The notes under the pieces: model-generated | What the model was told of the DNA's origin: nothing | Database searches by the model: none | What the model saw: the letters and a program-made list of their open reading frames with translations, nothing else | Translations under genes and position numbers: made by a program | In this document: positions 9,372-17,430 of the stretch, piece by piece | How positions within the stretch are numbered: position 1 is the stretch's first letter | How the letters are laid out: each line of letters starts with the position of its first letter | Source: Actinomycetes bacterium | GTDB lineage: Bacteria > Actinomycetota > Geothermincolia > Geothermincolales > JAHEXQ01 | Direction: 5' to 3' | Assembly: GCA_023252035.1 (NCBI GenBank) | Contig: JAHEXQ010000004.1 | Coordinates: forward strand, 1-33,362 | Length of the DNA: 33,362 bases

Positions 9372-9770
9372 TTAGAAAAGCGCACTCTGGGGTGTGGAAG
9401 ACCCGGGATATCCAGAAGTTCAGCGGGATGAGAAAGCAGACGAAGCCGAGCAGGCAGGAGACTATCCCCGAACTGAGGCTGCCCGCGAAGACGGCCCGGA
9501 TGCCGTCGGTCCCTTTGCTTTATATTTGCGCGCCACCGAGCGCAACTGGCGCCAGCAGAGAAATCCCGGCGTCGCGGCCATGTAGGTTATCAGTACGAGA
9601 AGGAAGACCGCGAAGAAGCCCAGTGCGTCTCCCCGGACGGCCCATATCGCTGATCGGTGCGAGCAAGCAGCACAACGCATGATTTGCATGGCCAAGGAGG
9701 TAGGGGGGAGCCGCGTCGGGCAATCTGGGCACACGCTGGTGCCTGTGCAGATTATTGCAGGGAACTTCAC
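9372..9770 (-). pseudogene. Putative Zn-ribbon plus membrane protein split by one frameshift
   Basis: CPDC...CAAC then TM helix in one frame; second hydrophobic helix (GIVSCLLGFVCFLIPLNFW) in the -1 frame ending at TAA 9372-9374. Confidence 0.4.
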
Positions 9771-9811
9771 GTTCGGTTTCCCGGGTGGGACTGCGGGTAA
9801 CGAATCATAAT

Positions 9812-9863
9812 CCTTGCCGATCAACTACAATCCGGGGCCCCGGATTGTAGTTGATCGGCAAGG
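9812..9863. repeat. 52-bp perfect loopless palindrome, REP-like family A
   Basis: ccttgccgatcaactacaatccgggg|ccccggattgtagttgatcggcaagg. Confidence 0.9.
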
Positions 9864-9881
9864 TCTCGGCGTTTGAGCCGG

Positions 9882-10934
9882 TCAGGTCTTGAAGAGGTGG
9901 TGTTCGGCGAGGCCGAAGTAGTCGGTCACCTCGTGCTCCGCGCCGGAGTTCTCGATGAGTTTGCCGCTGAAGGGGCCGAAGGCCTGGTGGAAGTCGGACA
10001 TGAGGACGCCCGCATTGATCTTGTCGGCGCGCTCTCCCTCCGGCCTCAGCTCCACATCGACCTTGCTGTCGGTGGTGTGCATGTGCCAGGGAGCCAGCGC
10101 GTTCCCCTCCTCGAAACTGAATTCGGCCGCCGTGAGAGGTGTGAGCTTGCCGTCCACCCAGAGGCAGTTCTCGTTATAGATGTCGTCATCCTCGATGAGA
10201 TTGTCGCAGATGTTCAGGGCGATGATGCGGCCTTGCGCATCACGGCCAGCGAAGGTAGCCCACTTCCACCAGCTACGGTAGGGGTAGAAGGTCTTCTGGA
10301 CGTCCATGAGCGAGATGTCCCGCTGGGGGTCGAGCTGGTAGGTGATGTCCCCGAAGCGGACAACGCCCTCCACCGGGCAGGCCGCCTTGTGGGTATAAAG
10401 GGGCCGGTTCGCGGCTATGGGGCTGACACTCACCAGCGGCTGGTAGAGATTCACATCCTCCAGCACGCTGAGATCAGCTTCCAGAGCCGGTAATCCGCGC
10501 TTCGCCTTGATGCGCACGGTCAGGTCATGGCGGCCCTTCTCCAGCCAGCTATGCATCTCGATGTTGTAGCCGGGCTGTTTGAAATAGGTCCAGCCGTCCC
10601 ATAGTTCGCGGCTGACGGTCATGGCCCAGGGTCCCGTCTCCTTGTGGTGCTCGAAGACCTTCTTCTGCCTGCGGTCAAAGATGTAGCAGAAGGAGGTGGA
10701 CATGTACTTGGAATCGAAGGCCACGAAGCCCAGGTAATACTCGGGATGGATGATGCCGAAGTGCTGCCATTCTTTGAGACGCAGGTCGCGCATCCAGCGC
10801 GGGGTCTTGCCCCTCTTGTCGCGAAAGTCCACGTCCAGGATGTTCAGCTCCCGGAAGGGCTGAGCGAATTTGCCGTAGCTCACCACCCGGTTGTTTTCGG
10901 CGAATCTCGAGGGGGTCTCTATGAGTTCTTGCAC
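9882..10934 (-). CDS. DUF2804-family protein
   Basis: LKEWQ, YTHK, D....YPY...W.WA, ENCLW.DGKL, PW.M.T, FHQ.FG.FSG, GLAEHH. Confidence 0.8.
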   Translation of the reverse strand: MQELIETPSRFAENNRVVSYGKFAQPFRELNILDVDFRDKRGKTPRWMRDLRLKEWQHFGIIHPEYYLGFVAFDSKYMSTSFCYIFDRRQKKVFEHHKETGPWAMTVSRELWDGWTYFKQPGYNIEMHSWLEKGRHDLTVRIKAKRGLPALEADLSVLEDVNLYQPLVSVSPIAANRPLYTHKAACPVEGVVRFGDITYQLDPQRDISLMDVQKTFYPYRSWWKWATFAGRDAQGRIIALNICDNLIEDDDIYNENCLWVDGKLTPLTAAEFSFEEGNALAPWHMHTTDSKVDVELRPEGERADKINAGVLMSDFHQAFGPFSGKLIENSGAEHEVTDYFGLAEHHLFKT

Positions 10935-10952
10935 CTTCCCGTCCTTTCCCTC

Positions 10953-10975
10953 AAAGCCGGCGGCCCGCGCCGGCT
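10953..10975 (-). terminator. Possible terminator after the zinc-ribbon gene
   Basis: agccggcg/cgccggct 8-bp stem with short U-run on the minus strand. Confidence 0.4.
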
Positions 10976-10994
10976 ACTGCGATCAGAGCGTGAA

Positions 10995-11621
10995 TCACAG
11001 CGCGAAATAATCCGTGATGAGCCAGCGGGAATCCACCTTCCGGATCAGAAACCGAAAATCCCCGCTCTCTCCTGTCCGGAAGGATTCGGTCACGGTCACG
11101 CTGGCGTGAGAAGTCCCGTTGGGGAAATCCACTCCGCTGGTTCGCCAGGAACGCAAGCGGTTATCGGCTGGCTGTACGACGGCCTGGTTGAATTCTTCCA
11201 GGCTGCGGTCCCGGCGCTGCGAAGCCTCCGGAGCCAGCAGGTTGTAGGCAGTCGCAGCATCACCGTTATTGACCGCCCGGATGTATGCATTGGTCGTATC
11301 CAGGGGCCCCCTGAGGAAATGGACGCCCGATCCGATGCCCAGGCCGATGACTGCCCCGAGTACCAGCAGGCCTATCGCGCCTATTAAAATGCCGACCACC
11401 ATGCCGGTCCTCTTGCCTTGGGGGACCTTCGGCTGGTTTGCTACGGTTGCGGTTTCTGCCGCAGCCGTTCCGGGGGGAAAGGGTGGGGAAGCCGCCCCGC
11501 GCGCCGCACGATTCTCTGCGTTGTCTGGTTCCTCTTTCCCGGCTTGGAGTTCCGCTCCGCAGAAGGGACAAAAGCGGGCCGTCCCGCTTATCTCCCTGTG
11601 GCAGGATAGGCACTCGGGCAT
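10995..11621 (-). CDS. Zinc-ribbon domain single-pass membrane protein with extracellular NTF2-like (DUF4878-like) domain
   Basis: CLSC...FCPFCGA, Pro/Ala linker, TM helix, then YIRAVNNGDA..AY.LL ... LIRKVDSRWLI. Confidence 0.75.
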   Translation of the reverse strand: MPECLSCHREISGTARFCPFCGAELQAGKEEPDNAENRAARGAASPPFPPGTAAAETATVANQPKVPQGKRTGMVVGILIGAIGLLVLGAVIGLGIGSGVHFLRGPLDTTNAYIRAVNNGDAATAYNLLAPEASQRRDRSLEEFNQAVVQPADNRLRSWRTSGVDFPNGTSHASVTVTESFRTGESGDFRFLIRKVDSRWLITDYFAL

Positions 11622-11844
11622 GGCGCACCTCGCTTAGCTCGGGGTCAATTCTGTCAAGTATTGATTATACAACGATGTGGCGCCCATGGCCCAGGCAGCA
11701 GGCCGCCATCCCTCGCGTGGCGCCGGTGACCCACAGAGCCCTCCTCTCCGGCGGCGTCCGAAGCCCGCCTGCGTCGGGCTTTAGGCTATAATGGACTTAC
11801 CTATCCGGTCGGACGGTTTCTCAACATGAACATGGAGGGCTAAC

Positions 11845-13749
11845 ATGAGCGGAAGGCGGGCGAGTCTGTTACTGAAGGCAATTCCCCCAGTGCTGGTGGC
11901 GCTTCTCCTCGCCGTGCCCGTGCTGGGTGGCTGCAAGTCCTCGAGCAAAGGCGGGGGTGGCGGGGGAGAGGGCCCAGCGGATGCTATCGTCTTTGTGCGG
12001 GGGACCGACATCTGGCTCATCCGGCCCGATGAAACCGGGGAGACCCGGCTCACGGCCACCTCCGACAAGAAAGCCAACCCGAGGCTATCGCCCGACGGCA
12101 AAACCGTCGTCTTCACCTCGTTCTCGAGTTCCCAGGATACCAAAGACGCGGTGGTGAAGAAGGTGCGGCTGTCGGGGATGACCGCGCCCGACAACGGCCT
12201 GGAGACCTTGGCAAGCGGATTCGCGCCATGCTTCGATCCGGCGGGCCGTCTCTACTTCGTGCGAACCATCCCCGGCCTTCCGGGTACCGTCCAGGCGCGC
12301 TTTGACGATATCTTCCGGATGGAGGACGACGGCTCCGACCGCGAGCTGACGGACTTCTCCTCGGTGGTGGATATGGGCGGAGGCCTGGCCATCCAGTACC
12401 TGCAGTTCTCGCCGGACGGGGACAAGCTGGCCTTCATGCGCGGCCGGCGCAGCGACTCCCGGTGGATCGCCGTGATGAGCCCGGACGGCACGGGCGTTCA
12501 GTTCCAGGATGCGCCACCGATAACTCCCGATACCACGGGCAAAGGCCTGGCGGAGGGAGCCTTCGACTTCTTTGGCAACCAGGCGCCCCTCATCTCCCAC
12601 GGCGATCTGCAGACCTCGAACAGCCAGAAAAACCATAAACTCTATCGCGTGGACCTGAACGCGAAGTCGGAGACCGTCCTTACCCGGGGGCCCGAGGATA
12701 CCAATCCGGCCCTCTCGCCCGACCGCTCCCGCATGGTCTTCGAGCGGAACGGCCAGCTCATGCTGGCGGACGCCAATGGCGCCAACATCTCGACCCTCAC
12801 CTCCGGCACCATGCCCTCCTGGGGTAAGGCCGTGGAGGTGGAGAGCGGCGGCGACCAGGATGGCGGTACCGGGCAAGCCAAGATCGCCTACGTGAAGGAT
12901 TATTCCAAGGTCTGTATCGCCAACGAGGACGGCAGCGACGAACGCCAACTTACCACCGATCCCGCCAATGCTTATGGCGGGCTCGCCTTCTCCCCGAATG
13001 GGGAAAGACTGTCAGCGTGGCTGATGCGGGGCGACAGTGTGCCCACTCTGGTTGTGATCGATGTGGCTAGCGGCAACCAGACCGATCTCTGGAGCGGAGA
13101 TTTCCGCTCCTCCTGGATAGCACAAGGCGTTGATCCCTGGTTCGGCAATACCAGTTGGGGAAGCGATTCGGTCCTCTACGCCACCGGCGTGAAAAACGTC
13201 GCCAGCAAATTGATACCCCAGGTAGTGACCGTCGATATCCTCTCTCGCCAGGTCCAGGTAATCCAATCCGCAGCTCAGAACCCCGCCGCAAGCCCGGACG
13301 GGGGAAAACTACTCTTTGTCAAAATGCCCGGCGACCTCTCTCCCCTTATCGGGCATGACTGGGGTCGCGATGATTTTGGGGACCTGACCCTGCGCGACCT
13401 CGCGTCCGGCGGCGAGACGCTCATACAGCGCTACTGCTTTGAGGCCGTTTACTCCCGCGACGGTGCTTCGCTCGCGGCCGTGATCTGGAGCGAGCCGGAT
13501 ACGCAACTGAAGATACTGGGCACCGATGGCATAGTGAAGAGGCAGCTCTCCATGGTCGGCCCCGGTTTCGTACTGGGACATCCGGACTTCAGCCCGGACG
13601 GCGCTCAGTTGGCCTATCACGCGGGGACGAATTCCGGTTTCGGGACGGCCGCGAATACCGACGTCATGATCTCCAAGACGCAGCCAGCATCCGGTGAAAC
13701 CCCCACTACCATCGGGAGGGGCCGCTACCCGGCCTGGTCGCCCAGGTAG
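11845..13749 (+). CDS. Lipoprotein with two TolB-like (PD40) beta-propeller domains
   Basis: Lipobox LGGC; repeated P.(L/F)SPDG motifs; PSW at the end of the first domain and PAWSPR at the C-terminus; TATAAT at 11787 and GGAGG RBS. Confidence 0.85.
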   Translation: MSGRRASLLLKAIPPVLVALLLAVPVLGGCKSSSKGGGGGGEGPADAIVFVRGTDIWLIRPDETGETRLTATSDKKANPRLSPDGKTVVFTSFSSSQDTKDAVVKKVRLSGMTAPDNGLETLASGFAPCFDPAGRLYFVRTIPGLPGTVQARFDDIFRMEDDGSDRELTDFSSVVDMGGGLAIQYLQFSPDGDKLAFMRGRRSDSRWIAVMSPDGTGVQFQDAPPITPDTTGKGLAEGAFDFFGNQAPLISHGDLQTSNSQKNHKLYRVDLNAKSETVLTRGPEDTNPALSPDRSRMVFERNGQLMLADANGANISTLTSGTMPSWGKAVEVESGGDQDGGTGQAKIAYVKDYSKVCIANEDGSDERQLTTDPANAYGGLAFSPNGERLSAWLMRGDSVPTLVVIDVASGNQTDLWSGDFRSSWIAQGVDPWFGNTSWGSDSVLYATGVKNVASKLIPQVVTVDILSRQVQVIQSAAQNPAASPDGGKLLFVKMPGDLSPLIGHDWGRDDFGDLTLRDLASGGETLIQRYCFEAVYSRDGASLAAVIWSEPDTQLKILGTDGIVKRQLSMVGPGFVLGHPDFSPDGAQLAYHAGTNSGFGTAANTDVMISKTQPASGETPTTIGRGRYPAWSPR

Positions 13750-13752
13750 AGT

Positions 13753-14615
13753 ATGGAGCGGCGGCGAGGTCATCGACCCTGGCCTTCTTCGGCATCACGG
13801 TCGTCTGGGGAGACACGTTTGCGCTGATCAAACGCTTGCTGGATTACCTACCGCCCTTCTGGTTCATGGCTCTGCGGTTCGGGTTGGCCTTCTGCATCAC
13901 CGCGCCCGCGGTTGTGCTGCGCGGCGAAAGTCCCAGCTCGGCGGGGTTGAGAGCGGGATTGCTCCTGGGCGTGCTGCTCTACGTTTACTATACGCTGCAG
14001 ACCTTCGGGCTGCAGGGGACCATGGCGAGCAACGCCGCCCTCATCACCGGCATGTTCGTGGTTTTCATCCCCCTGCTGTCCGTCGTGATGCTGAATAAGC
14101 GCCCGGACTCGCGGGAGCTTATCGGAGTAGTGACGGCGCTGGTCGGGCTGATTACTCTCACCGTGCAGCCGCATACCCGCGGAAGCATAGGCGACGTGAT
14201 GCTCCTGGCAGCACCGTGTTGCTATCGCTCTACGTGATAGCCATGGATATCTACGCCCCCATCGTGGACCTGCTGGTGCTGACCGCCGTGCAGATGGGGG
14301 TGCTGTTCGTGGGCGTTACCCTTTCGGGCTCATTACCGAGAAGGCCGTCTTGCGCCCGCTGAAATTCGTCTGGTTCTCCGTGGCTGTCTGCGGAATCTTC
14401 GGATCGGCACTGGCCTTCTGGGTACAGGGCTATGCGCAGAGGGAGCTTCCGCTATCCCGCATGGCTGTGATCCTGATAATGGAGCCGGTCTTCGGGGTGA
14501 TTTTCAGCATGGCCATCCTGGGGGGGGGCAGCTGGGAGCGCGCGGCTGGACCGGATGCGCTCTCATCCTGACGGGAATGCTCATCTCCGAACTGTGCCGG
14601 CACGCGCATCCCTAG
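13753..14615 (+). pseudogene. EamA/DMT-family transporter with multiple frameshifts
   Basis: VWGDTF..IK, ALRF, QTFGL..T.ASNAALITG..VVF.P, AFWVQ..AQ, EPVF and GCALIL.G segments lie in different frames. Confidence 0.8.
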
Positions 14616-14619
14616 CTCG

Positions 14620-14650
14620 GTAAACGAAAGGGTCAAAGCCCTTCGTTCAC
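14620..14650. terminator. Hairpin between convergent genes (bidirectional terminator or degenerate REP-like copy)
   Basis: gtaaacgaaaggg-tcaaag-cccttcgttcac. Confidence 0.5.
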
Positions 14651-14663
14651 TCTGTTGCTGCGG

Positions 14664-15953
14664 TTACGATTGGTCGTCGGTCTGCAGGTGCAGGTCTTGG
14701 GAGTGCAGCCTTGGTTCCGGTTCCTGCGCCCGTTCCGCCGCCAGGGGCAGCCGCATGACCACGTCGGACCATTTCCCCGGGATGTTCACCAGGTTGAGGC
14801 TGCCCCGGTGGGCCAGCAGGATTCTCTGCGCAAGGGCAAGCCCCAGGTCACCGTGTTCCGGCCGGATGTTCTCCTGGGTGTCCTGTGGGGCGCCGATGGG
14901 GTTGACACGCCGCGTCCGGGACTCGCGGAAGCTGATGGTAAGCACCAGGTCGCTGGCGTCAGCCTTAGCGGAGATGGTCACCCGGCTACCGGGCTCGCAC
15001 TTGGTGGCCACGAACTTGAAGATATTGGCGAAGGATTTATCCAGGCGCTGCGGGTCCGCGTGGACGGTTGGCAGATCGGGCGGCATTGCGAAGCTGACGG
15101 AAGAGAGTCCGCAGACCGGCTCCAGGAAAGGCAGATTCTCCTCAGCCAGGCGCCCCAGGCTGACCTCCTTGCATACGAGATGCGCCTTCCCTGACTCCAG
15201 GCGCGATATGTCCAGCAGGTCCTCGACCAGGGCTGTGAGGCGCAAGGCCTCGTCGTTGATTATCTCGGCAAACTCGCGCTCCTTATCCGGGGAGAAATCC
15301 TGTTGGAGGAGCATCTCCACGAATCCCTGGATGGACGTGAGCGGGGTGCGCATCTCGAAAGAAACGGCGGAGACGAAGTCGGAGGTCGATCTCTCCATCT
15401 CGGATATCCGCTTCAGCTCGGCCAGAGCCTCCTCCTTCTGCTTCACCTGCTCGCGGCTCTCCGCGTCTAACCGGTTGACGAAATAGCCCGCCACGAAGAA
15501 GCTCGCCACCTGCACCGCCAGCATCTGTACATCCTTCAGTTCGAGGTTGCCCCGCAACAAGACCGTCAGGAGATAGGCGGCGGATACGGTCCCCGCCAGC
15601 AGGAAGAAGCTGTGCAGGTAAGCGAAGTAAGCCAAGCCGAAGGAACTGATCAGCAGAAGCAGAGGGAAGACCGGGCTGAAGGCGCCCCCGGTGACGTATA
15701 TGGCTACCAGGGTGGCCGCGACGAACATACCGCTGCCGAAGAGGTAGGAGACGGTGAAGTGGCGCAGGAGGACGCCCTCCACCGGCGCGATGGCCAGCGC
15801 CATATTCACGAGAAAGGAGGCCAGCAGCAAGGCGAGCAACGGGCCATAGCTTATCTCCACGCGGTGAGGCAGCAGAAGGCACCCGATCATCACCGGTATC
15901 ATCACCCAGAGCGAGTGGGAGAGGGTCTGCCAGAGGTTTGTCCGGAACTCCAT
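14664..15953 (-). CDS. Membrane-bound histidine kinase-like pseudokinase
   Basis: Multi-TM N-terminus; HisKA-like SFEMRTPLTSIQGF with His replaced by Phe; degenerate HATPase (GDLGLALA...H.G.L retained). Confidence 0.85.
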   Translation of the reverse strand: MEFRTNLWQTLSHSLWVMIPVMIGCLLLPHRVEISYGPLLALLLASFLVNMALAIAPVEGVLLRHFTVSYLFGSGMFVAATLVAIYVTGGAFSPVFPLLLLISSFGLAYFAYLHSFFLLAGTVSAAYLLTVLLRGNLELKDVQMLAVQVASFFVAGYFVNRLDAESREQVKQKEEALAELKRISEMERSTSDFVSAVSFEMRTPLTSIQGFVEMLLQQDFSPDKEREFAEIINDEALRLTALVEDLLDISRLESGKAHLVCKEVSLGRLAEENLPFLEPVCGLSSVSFAMPPDLPTVHADPQRLDKSFANIFKFVATKCEPGSRVTISAKADASDLVLTISFRESRTRRVNPIGAPQDTQENIRPEHGDLGLALAQRILLAHRGSLNLVNIPGKWSDVVMRLPLAAERAQEPEPRLHSQDLHLQTDDQS

Positions 15954-15955
15954 GC

Positions 15956-17203
15956 TCAACTTCCCTTTATTGGCAGCAGCACCGAGAAGGTGCTCCCCTG
16001 GCCGTATTCGCTGGCCACCCGGACCTGGCCTTTGTGCATGTCGGCCAGGTGTTTGATGATGGCCAGCCCCAGGCCCGTACCGCCGATCTCGGCAACGGCA
16101 CTGTCCTCACTGCGCCGGAATCGCTCGAAGATGGACTGCAGGTCCTGCTCCCGGATGCCGAGGCCGCGGTCGGTCACGGATATCCTCATGAACTTTCCCT
16201 CTATGCCGGTGTCTATCTCGATGGGCCCGCCCTCGGGCGAGTACTTGATGGCATTGGAAATGAGGTTCTGCATTATCTGGTGCACGCGATCGCGGTCGGC
16301 GTAGACGAGTGGCAGCCTCTTACGCTCCTTGTAAGTGATGGTGTGCCGGACGGTCTGGGTGCGGAAGAATGTGATGTTCTCCTCGATGACCTGGCCGATG
16401 TCCAGCATCTCCTTGTCGAGCTCCGCGCCCGCGTCGATCTTGGACAGGTTCAGCAGGTTGGTGATCATGCGCGAGAGGCGCTCCGACTCGTTCAGGATTA
16501 TCTCGTAGAACTCGCCGCGCTTCTCCGGTGCCAGCTCGCGGGAGCGCAGCATCTCGCTGAATCCCTGGATGGAGGTGAGCGGCGTGCGCAATTCGTGGGA
16601 TACGGTGGAGATGAAATCCGTCTTGGCCTTATCGATCTGATGGATGAAACCGCTCAGGTTCAAAACCTCGTCGCGGGATAGCTGCTGCCGCTTCAACTCC
16701 TGCGCGACGCGGTTGGCTATAAAGCAGGTAAGGAAGAGATAGACGAGGTTGAAGGCTATCGGCTGCAGGTCATGCAGGACCGCGTTGGAGTAGCCGAAGA
16801 TCACGGCCAGGTAAAAGATGGCGAGTATGGCCGTGCTCACCATGGAGAGGGAGAGCGTGAAGAGGGTCCCCGCCACCAGGGGGCCCACCAGCAGCAGACA
16901 GTAGAAGGGGCTCGCAAGGCCGCCGGTGTAGAAGACCAGCACGCAGATGACGAAGTAGAAAGGGACGAGCCCCAGGAAGAACGGAGGGACGCGTATGAAC
17001 ATCTTCCCGCCGCGCGCCGGGAAGATGTTCACCAGGTTCATCACGATGGCCATGACTCCTATAGTCACGAGAGAGAGGATGGCAACGGAGTAGTCGATGG
17101 GCACCCGGTGCGGGAGATAGAGAATGACGGCGAGTCCCGGGAGAGCCACCAGGCATATGGTCGTCAATATGGAGCTCAGTCTTCGCTCGAAGGGCATAGT
17201 CAT
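15956..17203 (-). CDS. Membrane-bound sensor histidine kinase
   Basis: SHELRTPL H box, NLISNAIKYS N box, DRGLG G1, FERF F box, GTGLGL G2; about six TM segments. Confidence 0.95.
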   Translation of the reverse strand: MTMPFERRLSSILTTICLVALPGLAVILYLPHRVPIDYSVAILSLVTIGVMAIVMNLVNIFPARGGKMFIRVPPFFLGLVPFYFVICVLVFYTGGLASPFYCLLLVGPLVAGTLFTLSLSMVSTAILAIFYLAVIFGYSNAVLHDLQPIAFNLVYLFLTCFIANRVAQELKRQQLSRDEVLNLSGFIHQIDKAKTDFISTVSHELRTPLTSIQGFSEMLRSRELAPEKRGEFYEIILNESERLSRMITNLLNLSKIDAGAELDKEMLDIGQVIEENITFFRTQTVRHTITYKERKRLPLVYADRDRVHQIMQNLISNAIKYSPEGGPIEIDTGIEGKFMRISVTDRGLGIREQDLQSIFERFRRSEDSAVAEIGGTGLGLAIIKHLADMHKGQVRVASEYGQGSTFSVLLPIKGS

Positions 17204-17296
17204 ACCTCATCCTATCTGCTGGGAATATATTTCACGAGCGGCCCCGGTGAATCCTCCGCGCCTATCAATCCCTACCCCGCCGAAAACCGGTTCGTG

Positions 17297-17329
17297 GTAG
17301 ATAAACACTGCCTGTCACTGTTTATCTAC
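17297..17329. repeat. REP-like palindrome, family B
   Basis: gtagataaacactg-cctgt-cactgtttatctac; near copy of 25266-25300. Confidence 0.8.
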
Positions 17330-17430
17330 TTGGCGGCCGCAACTTGAGCTCTGCGGGGGAGCGCCGGCGGGAAGCAGAAGGGATGGCCCGCAAGCGGTTA
17401 GAATACTTAGAGATGCGAGGTCTATCTACG

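Noticed and set aside
11950-11972. G-rich run as a phase-variable tract or G-quadruplex
   Set aside because: Encodes the Gly linker after the lipobox; the frame is intact
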